From: Nitrososphaera sp.
GTDB taxonomy: Archaea; Thermoproteota; Nitrososphaeria; Nitrososphaerales; Nitrososphaeraceae
Assembly: GCF_036397675.1 (NCBI RefSeq)
Contig: NZ_DASWIL010000038.1
Location: forward strand, 21,849 to 85,848
Direction: 5' to 3'
Length of the DNA: 64,000 nt
The notes beneath the pieces are model-generated. The model was not told where the DNA came from, made no database searches, and worked only from the letters and a program-made list of their open reading frames with translations. The position numbers and the translations under genes were made by a program. Positions 8,912-17,558 of the stretch are shown piece by piece (positions within the stretch are counted from its first letter, which is position 1; every line of letters starts with the position of its first letter).

Positions 8912-9757
8912 TTGCGGCTCGGGTTTATGGAAGCGAATCATCAGGATTGTTTAAACGGGAAGTGGGATTCCGTCTATCGAACCTTTCTACAGGGAAAGAA
9001 CAAGAAAACTCCATCTGTAGCTACATCCTTTTTAAATCAAATAAAGAAATTCTACCAGTCAGATGAAGGCGTACTTTGGATTACATTCTATGGTAACGAA
9101 ATGTGGTGGTGCTTTTCAAAACCGGAAATAACTCAACTCGGCGATAAATCAAAGATTCGGCCTGTCATAGGTAAATGGCATGATACAACAATTGATGAAA
9201 AGACCCCTTTAGTCACAGAAAGCTTGCGGGGTGATCTGCTCAAGACCCAAGGATTTAGGGGCACCATTTGCGATGTGAAAATCAAAGAATACGTAATCAA
9301 CAAGATCAACGGAAAGGAACCAGAGGAGGTAAAGGCGACTGTCGAAGCAATGCGTGAGCTTGAAAGTAGGGTGGCTACCCTAATCACAAAGCTTCGCTGG
9401 CAAGATTTTGAAACGCTAATTGATCTCATTTTCAGAGAGGCAGGATACAATAGGACAAGCGATGTGGGCAAAACTCAGAAGACTTTCGACTTGGACTTGA
9501 TTTCGCCTGTAACCGGTGAATGAATTATGGTACAGGTAAAATCACAATCGGACCTTGCCTCATATGAGGAAGACTGCAAGGAATTTGAAGCTATGAAGGG
9601 TTATGACAAGTTCTTTTATGTTGTTCACAGCCCTGATGAATCCCTGAAAACACTTCGGAATCGTGAAGGTCATATCAAAGTAATGTTGGCTGATAATCTC
9701 GCGCAAGTGGTTATTGATTCTGGGCTGGTTAGATGGTTGGTATCGAAACTTGGATAA
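8912..9757 (+). pseudogene. Mrr-like (PD-(D/E)xK, Mrr_cat-type) restriction endonuclease-like gene interrupted by an in-frame TGA at 9521-9523
   Basis: ORFs 8912-9523 and 9527-9757 are in the same frame, separated only by TGA plus one codon. The joined sequence reads WQDFETLIDLIFREAGY...FDLDLISPVTGE*IMVQVKSQ. This is the W-x-FE, G-x-D and QxK layout of the Mrr catalytic domain, with the stop falling between the D and QxK motifs. Confidence 0.6.
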
Positions 9758-9829
9758 CCACCAAGATTGATCAAACGACTTGTTACAATGATAGGATCAA
9801 ACGCTGACGTTACAGAACCGACAAAACTG

Positions 9830-9874
9830 TTTAAATATGTTCTATTAGGCCTACCTAATTAGGCCTACCTAATT
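9830..9874 (+). promoter_or_regulatory. TATA box (tttaaata, 9830-9837) followed by a perfect tandem 14-mer (aggcctacctaatt x2, 9847-9874) running into the ArsR-type gene start
   Basis: Read directly from the sequence. The repeats cover the expected transcription start (about 25 nt after the TATA box) and the TTG/ATG start region. Confidence 0.5.
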
Positions 9875-10223
9875 GACCATGAACGCTCTCACATTTAACA
9901 ACCACGACGTCGCGATGCCCCTTCTGCAGGAGCTTGTCGACGGCGTCTCACACCGGATAATAATGTCCACGATAGACGCCGCCAAGACTGCCGCGCAGCT
10001 GTCTTTAGAAAATTCCCTCCCGCTAAGCTCCACCTACAAAAAGATCAAGAAACTCCAGGAGGCGGGCATGCTGTCGGTGGAAAGGATAGAGCTTGACGGC
10101 AAGGGCAGGAAGGTCGTCTATTACAGGAGCAGGATAAAGTCGATGAAGTTCAACCTCTCCCGCGATCAAGTTCTGCTTCATATTGAGAAAAATGACTCGC
10201 GCGCTTCGCTTTCTGTAAAGTAG
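9873..10223 (+). CDS. ArsR-family winged-helix transcription regulator
   Basis: Has a small wHTH pattern (HRIIMSTIDAAKTAAQLSLENSLPLSSTYKKIKKLQEAGMLSVERIELDGKGRKVVYYR). The start is TTG 9873 or ATG 9878. Confidence 0.75.
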   Translation: MTMNALTFNNHDVAMPLLQELVDGVSHRIIMSTIDAAKTAAQLSLENSLPLSSTYKKIKKLQEAGMLSVERIELDGKGRKVVYYRSRIKSMKFNLSRDQVLLHIEKNDSRASLSVK

Positions 10224-10243
10224 TTTCAAAAAAAGTGGGGACC

Positions 10244-12472
10244 TTAGTCCCTGTGGCCAAAGGCTGAAGTCCTGACCCGGGTGTATGCGACGGTGCCGGC
10301 CACCGCGAGCGCGGCCGCTATTGCTGCCACCGGGAACTCGGGCGTCACGACAGCTCTTGCGGTCTCCAGATCGGTCTTTATCTGCTCAACATGTGCCTCA
10401 ACTTCTGATACGGGCCTGTCCTGGTCGATCATCTGGACTAGTTCGACTCTCATGTCTATCTCTATCTTCTCCATGAGCGGCCTGTCCTCCTCCGCGATGT
10501 CGGCCTCGATGAACTCATAGTTGTCAAGGTAGGCCTCTATCGCAAGTGCTCTGGCCTCCGGACCGTTGCCTGCCCGGTACTCTTCCAAGGCTTCGTCAAG
10601 GAGTTCGTGAATGTGGTCTATGTAGCCCCAGCCGTCGAGTTCTCCAGCACCTTCTACTTCAAGGGCAAACACTTCGTCGAGCTCGTGTATAATGCCGCCA
10701 AGCTGGATGTTTATTTGCGACGGCTCCGCGTTTGAAGAAACGGCCGAGTTCAGTTCTTCAAAGAACTCTGTCACCTCTTCGGCCTCGTGCGCGGTCATGT
10801 CGTCCTTGACTCCTTCAAACATCGCCTCTGCTCGGTGTATGAACGCGCTTGCGTCCTGGTACTCTATCATCTCGATTATCTGCCCTTTCTCAACAGCCTC
10901 GCTGTACTCCACCCCGGCCGTCTGGAGCAGGAGCACCATCACCATCGCGGCGAACACGGGGTCGCTGACCTCGCCTCCGACGACTGCAACAATCGCGTCA
11001 TCCAGAAGTACGTTGATGTCTTCCACCGTACTTTCTACTTGCGATGCCGACATGGTGTCTATCTGGTTTGCAAGCGTTGTCATCGCGCTTTCGAGCTCTG
11101 CATCAAGCTCCAAGTCGGCGCTTGTCAGCTGCACCGTGATGAGCGAATACACTTCTTCAACAGGATGGCCTGCGTGTGCGAGTGCAAGCTCTATGTTGCC
11201 GGCGTTCTTGTTTGCGACCGCCATTTCAAGGTGCCCGCGTATGAACTCGATATTTGTAGCGAAGTCGGCGCTGCCTCCCGCCACGGCGCGTATTGCCTCG
11301 ATTTCAACGAACGCGTGTTGGACAACTGTCCTCACTTCTGCAGGATCGGCCTTGTTTTGCACCAATGTCGCAATTGTTGCAAGATCTTCTTCCAATTCGC
11401 CCGCCGCGCCCGAGCCGACTTCCATCAGCGCGGCTTTGGCCGCTTTAAAGGTGTCAGTCGCTCTCTGCAGGAACAGGATTGTTTCATCATACTCTGTCTG
11501 GTCCACTATCTGTCCGTTTGCCACGGCGTCGGTGTACTCGATGTCGACAAGCGTTAGCATGTCCTTCATCGTGTTGAGCGCACCGGCTATGCCCGTCGAC
11601 TCTTTGCCCTCGTAAGCGTCAAGAAGCGCGCTTATCTCTGCCGCCACTTCGTTCGCGTTTGCAAGGTCACCTGCGGCTGACGCTTCCATCAGCTCCTCAA
11701 GCTCGTGGGACAGGTCGGCCTCGTACTCGGTACCAATCTTTGCCGCGACATCTGGCTGGAGCGTGCGGTAGTACATGGTTCCTTCCTGGCTGAACTTTTG
11801 CGCGTTCAGCGTGTCCGCTGGGCTCTTTTCAAGCGCGCCGACAGCCTCTATGACTTCCTCCCTTACCTTTATGAGGAACTGCGCTTTCAGGCTGTCGAGT
11901 ATGACCGGCGTCAGCTCCTGCACCCTGCTCGGGTTGGCCTGGAGTCCCGCCATCGCCTGCGAAGAAGCTGATGGGTTTTGGGTGTAGCCGAACTTGACAG
12001 TCATGACTGTGAACCACTGGCCGGCTTCCTGCACCTTTGACTGCCTGAGAACCTCCGAGGTCGCCTCGTCTAGGCTCTTTTCTATCTTCATGAAAGCTAT
12101 TTTGTAGATGAGCTTGTCGATTACCTGCTTGTTCAAGACCACGTCTATCTTGGTATTGCTGTTGATAGCAGCGCGAATGTCGACAAAGGCCTGGTCTATT
12201 GCCTCGCCTGTTGCCTGGTCTACTTCAAACGCGACGCTTCGAAATACGCTTTCGTATTTTACCTGTGCCTGGTCAACCTTTGCAAGCGCCCCCGCTGCGT
12301 CCGTTTCAAAAGTCTTTTCAGCGTCCCCTACTGCGGTGTTTATCGAGCTCCAGGATTGACCCCTAGTCTCGCCCTGAGCAAACGCTGGCCTGGCGGCCAT
12401 GGCTATCGATGCTATAGAGAAGACAAGAATAGCTGCCAGCAGGGTCCCGCTGGTGATCTTGGCTTTGTGCAT
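10244..12472 (-). CDS. large acidic, helix-rich secreted protein with PEF-type C-terminal sorting signal (742 aa)
   Basis: Has an N-terminal signal peptide (..SIASIAMAARPAFA/QGE). The C-terminus is VVTPEFPVAAIAAALAVAGTVAYTRVRTSAFGHRD, that is PEF, then a hydrophobic helix, then a basic tail. There is an internal repeat, IEYTDAVANGQIVDQTEYDE versus VEYSEAVEKGQIIEMIEYQD. A TTTATAA box lies about 24 nt upstream of the ATG. Confidence 0.8.
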   Translation of the reverse strand: MHKAKITSGTLLAAILVFSIASIAMAARPAFAQGETRGQSWSSINTAVGDAEKTFETDAAGALAKVDQAQVKYESVFRSVAFEVDQATGEAIDQAFVDIRAAINSNTKIDVVLNKQVIDKLIYKIAFMKIEKSLDEATSEVLRQSKVQEAGQWFTVMTVKFGYTQNPSASSQAMAGLQANPSRVQELTPVILDSLKAQFLIKVREEVIEAVGALEKSPADTLNAQKFSQEGTMYYRTLQPDVAAKIGTEYEADLSHELEELMEASAAGDLANANEVAAEISALLDAYEGKESTGIAGALNTMKDMLTLVDIEYTDAVANGQIVDQTEYDETILFLQRATDTFKAAKAALMEVGSGAAGELEEDLATIATLVQNKADPAEVRTVVQHAFVEIEAIRAVAGGSADFATNIEFIRGHLEMAVANKNAGNIELALAHAGHPVEEVYSLITVQLTSADLELDAELESAMTTLANQIDTMSASQVESTVEDINVLLDDAIVAVVGGEVSDPVFAAMVMVLLLQTAGVEYSEAVEKGQIIEMIEYQDASAFIHRAEAMFEGVKDDMTAHEAEEVTEFFEELNSAVSSNAEPSQINIQLGGIIHELDEVFALEVEGAGELDGWGYIDHIHELLDEALEEYRAGNGPEARALAIEAYLDNYEFIEADIAEEDRPLMEKIEIDMRVELVQMIDQDRPVSEVEAHVEQIKTDLETARAVVTPEFPVAAIAAALAVAGTVAYTRVRTSAFGHRD

Positions 12473-12670
12473 AAACCCTCACGGTCCATGAATTGCTTAT
12501 AAAGCTAAGATCCGATTTTCGCAGCCTAGAATGCAAAACGAATGGTTCATTGCTGACACAGATTCGTCAGCTACTGTATCAAGGTCAGTCTAAAGACGAT
12601 ATTCTGCGTTCATTAGACATTTCAAACGTACATTCTATCGCTATGCGCATAAGATCGCAGACGTTGATAG

Positions 12671-13105
12671 AATGTACCTACAAAGTCAGGTACCAAGAGG
12701 CATGTACTGACCGACCAGAAAGGAGTTCCATTGTCCGCCGTTATCACGGCTGCCAACACACATGACATGAAAGCAGCTGTGGAAACGCTGGACAGCATTG
12801 TAGTGAAGAGGCCACGTCCAAGGAAGTACAGGAGGCAGAACCTGTGCCTTGACAAGGGGTACGACTTTCCAGAGATAGCCCGGGAGGTTGTCAAAAGAAG
12901 GTACCTGCCGCACATCCGCCACAGAGGTGAGAAGAGAAAGAAGCGGCGATACAAAAGGAGGCGGTGGGTCGTAGAGCGGACCAATTCCTGGCATAACAGG
13001 TTTAGAAAATTGCTTGTCAGGTACGAGAAGAAATCGGAGAACTACCTGGGGCTGGTGCAGTTGGCCTGCTGCATCATTGTTTACAGGAGGTTAATTTTGG
13101 GATAG
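12671..13105 (+). mobile_element. IS5-family (DDE_Tnp_1-type) transposase remnant, C-terminal portion only
   Basis: The open frame from 12671 reads ..PTKSGTQRHVLTDQKGVPLSAVITAANTHD...CLDKGYD...RRRWVVERTNSWHNRFRKLLVRYEKKSENYLG. The N-terminal half is missing. A short HTH-like piece (LLTQIRQLLYQGQSKDDILRSLDIS) survives in another frame at about 12550-12650. Confidence 0.7.
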
Positions 13106-13427
13106 GCTCTTATTCGCGCTAAGTTCAAAGACATATGAGAATCTACTTAAGCGGTTACTTACGAATAAGCGCGATCCGCCAAGAGACGAATTGCGTAGGC
13201 TATATCCAATAGACAGGCGAGACATAGTACTTGTCGAAATTGTAGAGAAGGAGAAAAGCGGTTCGACATTAGTCAATCAAATGGAGAGATACTCGAAAGT
13301 TGGCAAATTGATAGTCGTTTTTCCAACAAATGTTAGCAAGATCGAATTCGCAGGCGGAACTTAGAAAGCCTAATACGCTGTAAGTACCAACATGAATCGT
13401 TTTATGATTAGTTAGTCAAAAGCGCTG

Positions 13428-14405
13428 TTGCAGTCATTTCTTCTAAGAAACAAGACAAGAAAGACATATCTTGAATCATTGCTGTCGTACGCGGCTTCTT
13501 CAAGAGCGAGTTATCAGTCTGCATTGAATCGATTTGAAGAATTTTGCGCATTTTTTTACGAGGGAAGAACTTCGGATAAAATCGTCACTGAACTTAAATC
13601 TATTCCCATAGAGCATAGGGATGATGCATATTTCGGAGTATTGCAAGGTTATGTAAACTGGCTCTTGAAACGCAATTTATCACATAAGACAGTAAACAAT
13701 CACTTCAAGATAGTAAATCACTACTTCAACTTTCATGGAATTAGGGCTTTTCCGGCAGATTTGCGGCGGAATGTCAATAGACCAAAAGAAATCAAGGAAA
13801 AACTGCATCCCCTAACACTAGATGAGATTCACAGACTCTTTTCCTGTTCCACCCCAAAACGCAGGATGCTCTATCTCGTCTTGATTGGGAGCGGTATGCG
13901 CATTCGAGAATCTGTGTCTTTACGGAAGAAGGACTTTGATCTAGACTTTTCGAAAAGAATCAAGATAGACATTCCCGCCCAAAACACCAAGACCAAGGCC
14001 GCGCACACGACATTCGTTAGCAAGGAAGCATCAAAATCTCTTATTCCGTATCTAGATTCGCTTCAATCAGATGATCTTGTTTTTGCCACCAACGAAAATC
14101 CCTATCATGCTTCGATGACTGAGATCGAGGCATTTACAAGATGTCGAGACAGTGCAGGGCTGAGGGACAAGTACTCATCCGCAAATCGTCATCATATTAC
14201 GCTTCATTCGTTCAGATCGTATTTCTTCACAAGAGCGAGACGAGTGCATGATACAGACATAGCGCATGCAATGGTGGGTCACACACCGTATCTTGATATG
14301 TATGACAGAAAGGACGATGTTCAGAAGTTAGAACTGTTCTTGAAAGTTGAGCCGAGTCTTGTAATAAAATTCCAGCGAGACACTACGGGCACGAATACGT
14401 CCTAA
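13428..14405 (+). CDS. tyrosine recombinase / phage-type integrase (apparently intact, 325 aa)
   Basis: Has an N-terminal core-binding-like domain. The catalytic residues appear in order: LIGSGMRIRE (Arg), TLHSFRSYF (H-x-x-R), MVGH and LDMYDR (Tyr). The local composition is AT-rich. Confidence 0.85.
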   Translation: MQSFLLRNKTRKTYLESLLSYAASSRASYQSALNRFEEFCAFFYEGRTSDKIVTELKSIPIEHRDDAYFGVLQGYVNWLLKRNLSHKTVNNHFKIVNHYFNFHGIRAFPADLRRNVNRPKEIKEKLHPLTLDEIHRLFSCSTPKRRMLYLVLIGSGMRIRESVSLRKKDFDLDFSKRIKIDIPAQNTKTKAAHTTFVSKEASKSLIPYLDSLQSDDLVFATNENPYHASMTEIEAFTRCRDSAGLRDKYSSANRHHITLHSFRSYFFTRARRVHDTDIAHAMVGHTPYLDMYDRKDDVQKLELFLKVEPSLVIKFQRDTTGTNTS

Positions 14406-14772
14406 TTGTCTGTAAGATCGTGCTTGGTCATTTCGACTAGCCCGGCTCAAATCCGGAAATCCAGATTTCGCCGGGTGTGAGATCGACGTTGCTTATTCTG
14501 AATATGGAAAACGGAATCTTGGCTAATCATGCAACAATGCAGTTGAAACTTATTATTCAGCATTAGTCTACCAAGTCTGGTACGAAAGCACGCATGAATC
14601 TCGACATATGTCGATTTTTAGATGCAATGATTTTGTATTATGCGCATTAAACGTATTTATTGACGCAGGGCAAATTACGCTTGCATGGTAGGCGAGGCGA
14701 TTGCAAACTTTGACTCGTATGTTTACGTCGCAGTCGGTTTGTTCGTGGCCGGCCTGTTTGCAGTAATGGTTT

Positions 14773-17550
14773 ATGAAAAGACAAGCTCAAGAGCCAAGCA
14801 GCCCCAGTCTGCAGAAGACAAGCGAGGCTCTGGACTGGCTGGTAAATGAAAAGTTTGCCCGGGAAGGTTTTGCCAGGCTAACTACGATACAGAAAAAGGC
14901 CCTCCCAGTAATTGCAAGGAAGGTCAACTGCCTGTTAGTAGCGCCCACCGGCTCTGGAAAGACAGAGGCGGCAGTAATGCCCGTTTTCACGGCGCTTGCG
15001 CAGGAGGGCAGAAACGGCATACGCGCGATTTACATCACGCCGCTTCGCGCGCTTAACAACGATGTGCTCAGAAGGATTGTGAGGTACGCAGAGTCTGAAG
15101 GGCTGAGGGTCGAGATACGCCACGGCGACACGACTGTCGCAGCAAGGAAGAGAATAGTTGACAACCCGCCCGACGTGCTGATAACCACGCCCGAGTCGCT
15201 TGGAGTGGTGCTTACAAACGACAAGATGCTTGCCGCGCTCAAGGGATTGCGCTACGTCATCGTCGACGAAGTGCACGAGCTTGTGCCGTCAGAGCGCGGG
15301 TCGCACCTGTCGATAAGCCTGGAGAGGCTGCAGGCAGTTTCAGGCCACGAGCTGACAAGGATAGGGCTCTCCGCAACCGTCGGCAACTTGGAAGAGGCCG
15401 CAAAGTTTGTGGCGGGTGCGGGCAGGCGGCATGCCGTGCTTGTAGACACTGCCGCCAGGGGCTACGACATTGAGGTGAAATACGTCAAGGGGTCGCTGAA
15501 CAACGTGGCGCACTTCGTGGTCGAGTACATCAAGAAAAGCAAGGTGGAAGGCTCGGTGCTCCTGTTCACGAACACACGCGACGAGGCTGAGTACCTTGGA
15601 ACCGTGCTGAACGACCAGTCGGAGATCAAAGTCGACATCCACCACGGCTCGCTGTCAAAGGAGATGCGCGAAGAAACAGAACATACATTGCGTGCAGGCG
15701 AGGCAGGCATAGTCGTGTGCACCAGCTCGCTAGAGCTGGGACTTGACATCGGCGCAGTCGACCTTGTCATCCACTACGGCTCGCCAAGGCAGGTCTCGAA
15801 ACTGATGCAGAGGATAGGCCGGAGCCGCCACAAACAGCGCGAGTTTGCCAAGGGGCTGATAGTGACAAACAACCCCGACGACGAGATTGAGGCGCTTGCC
15901 ATAATCAACCGCATGAAGCACGGGTCGATTGAAGAGCAAAAGATGCACGAAGGCGCGCTCGATGCTATGGCGCACCACCTGGTAGGGCTTGCGATGCAGA
16001 CCCGCGACCCTGTCAGCGTCGACAGGGCGTATGAACTTGTCACCCGGGCGCACCCGTTCCGCAACGTGACGCTGTTTGACGTCGAAAGCTGCCTGGACAT
16101 CCTTGCGGGGCACAACGTGATAAGATATGACAGGGACGCAAGGACGTATAGCCGCAAGATAAAGGCTTACAAGTATTATTTCGAGAATCTTTCGATGATA
16201 CCGCACGTGCTAAAGTTCGAAGTCGTCGACTCGATAAGCAAGCGCAGGATAGGGACGCTTGACCAGCAGTTTGTCGGCGACTATGGCGAGCGGGGCAACG
16301 TCTTTGTTCTCAAGGGCTCGCAGTGGCGCGTCCTTGCAGTCGACGAGCGCAGGATGGTGGTAAATGTCGAGCCATTGCGCGGCGCGGCAATCAACATCCC
16401 CTACTGGGTGGGCGAAATGATACCGGTAGATTTCAAGACTGCAGAGCAAGTCGGCATAATCCGCGACCGGGCCGCAAAAGGCCACGTCACATTATCAACA
16501 ACCATAATGGACGATACGAAAATCGCTCTTGGCGTCATACCGGACGCGAAAAACATCGTGGTAGAAAGTGTGTTGGCAAGGAATATGCTAGTCGTGCACG
16601 TCGCGTTCGGCTCCAAGGTGAATAACACGCTTGCATCCCTTCTGTCGACGATACTTTCGTCGCAGCTCGGCTACATGGTCGAGTCCAGGGCCGATGCCTA
16701 CAGGATAATGCTCACCTCAAGCGCGAGGATGTCAAGGGGTAGGATCGAAGCAGCGTTGAACGATGTCTACGACCTCGAGCCGGTGATAATAGCCTCGCTT
16801 GCAGGCACGCACCAGATAAACTGGAGGGTGTGGATGGTGGCCAAGAGGTTTGGCATGATAGCAAGGGAGGCTGTATACGACAAGAAGATAGCGCGCATGA
16901 TATACGACAGGTACGCCAAGACGCCCGTCAGTTCAGAGTCTATCCGCGAGCTTGCGCACGACAAGTACGACATGGCCCAGGCAGCAAAAGTGCTTACAAG
17001 GATAAAGGACGGCACGATAAAGCTCCACTGGCTTGAAGTGGAGAAATTCTCCGACCTTGCAAAGCCCATCATGGAGCATTCCGCAAAATCCGCGGCGGCG
17101 CCCCAGAGCATAGAAAAGGGAGTCATCGAACTTGTAAAAGAGAGGCTTGAGAAGACCAAGCACAGGCTTGTCTGCATAAGGTGCGGCAAGTGGGAGCGTG
17201 TCATGGAAACCAGAGAGGTGCCAGAGGTCATAACATGCCCGTCGTGCAGGTCAAAATTGATAACGGCGACGTTCTGGTCAGACTACGACCTGTCAAAAGT
17301 GATACAGCGCAGGCTTGCCGGCGGCAAGCTGAGCGACGAAGAGAACCACCGGTTTGAGCGCGCGTGGAAAGTGGCGTCACTTGTCAACAACTTTGGAAGG
17401 AAAGCTGTGATAGTCCTGGCAGGCCACGGCGTCGGCGCTGACACGGCAGCGAGGATACTGCGCAACTACATCGACGACGAGCAGTTGTACCGCAGCATTT
17501 ACGAGGCCGAGAGGCAGTACGTCATTACGCGGGGCTTTTGGAACGACTAG
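14773..17550 (+). CDS. lhr: Lhr-type large ATP-dependent helicase (superfamily 2)
   Basis: Has Walker A (APTGSGKTEAA), DEVH (VIVDEVHEL), SAT (LSATVGN), motif VI (QRIGRSRH), a long C-terminal extension, and a CxxC...CxxC zinc ribbon (CIRCGKWE...CPSCRSK). Confidence 0.9.
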   Translation: MKRQAQEPSSPSLQKTSEALDWLVNEKFAREGFARLTTIQKKALPVIARKVNCLLVAPTGSGKTEAAVMPVFTALAQEGRNGIRAIYITPLRALNNDVLRRIVRYAESEGLRVEIRHGDTTVAARKRIVDNPPDVLITTPESLGVVLTNDKMLAALKGLRYVIVDEVHELVPSERGSHLSISLERLQAVSGHELTRIGLSATVGNLEEAAKFVAGAGRRHAVLVDTAARGYDIEVKYVKGSLNNVAHFVVEYIKKSKVEGSVLLFTNTRDEAEYLGTVLNDQSEIKVDIHHGSLSKEMREETEHTLRAGEAGIVVCTSSLELGLDIGAVDLVIHYGSPRQVSKLMQRIGRSRHKQREFAKGLIVTNNPDDEIEALAIINRMKHGSIEEQKMHEGALDAMAHHLVGLAMQTRDPVSVDRAYELVTRAHPFRNVTLFDVESCLDILAGHNVIRYDRDARTYSRKIKAYKYYFENLSMIPHVLKFEVVDSISKRRIGTLDQQFVGDYGERGNVFVLKGSQWRVLAVDERRMVVNVEPLRGAAINIPYWVGEMIPVDFKTAEQVGIIRDRAAKGHVTLSTTIMDDTKIALGVIPDAKNIVVESVLARNMLVVHVAFGSKVNNTLASLLSTILSSQLGYMVESRADAYRIMLTSSARMSRGRIEAALNDVYDLEPVIIASLAGTHQINWRVWMVAKRFGMIAREAVYDKKIARMIYDRYAKTPVSSESIRELAHDKYDMAQAAKVLTRIKDGTIKLHWLEVEKFSDLAKPIMEHSAKSAAAPQSIEKGVIELVKERLEKTKHRLVCIRCGKWERVMETREVPEVITCPSCRSKLITATFWSDYDLSKVIQRRLAGGKLSDEENHRFERAWKVASLVNNFGRKAVIVLAGHGVGADTAARILRNYIDDEQLYRSIYEAERQYVITRGFWND

Positions 17551-17558
17551 GATTGCGC

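Noticed and set aside
9521-9523. The in-frame TGA read as selenocysteine or as programmed read-through.
   Set aside because: Nothing resembles a SECIS-like structure, and there is no selenoprotein context. The gene sits in degraded mobile DNA, so a nonsense mutation is the simpler explanation.
10281-12359. Plus-strand ORFs inside the 742-aa gene, for example 10692-11615 (307 aa, Ser/Ala/Thr-rich).
   Set aside because: They are mirror-image ORFs, typical of the antisense of a GAx/GCx-rich acidic gene. They have no start context and no motifs.
13109-13171. The inverted repeat cttattcg...cgaataag after the IS5 remnant, as a possible IS terminal repeat.
   Set aside because: It has only 8 bp of complementarity. 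There is no matching sequence at the truncated left end to compare with.
14441-14480. The T-arm-like sequence cccggctcaaatccgg downstream of the integrase, as a possible tRNA-derived att site.
   Set aside because: It has only a 4-bp stem with a CTCAAAT loop. No acceptor-like continuation follows, and there is no matching copy at the other side of the patch.
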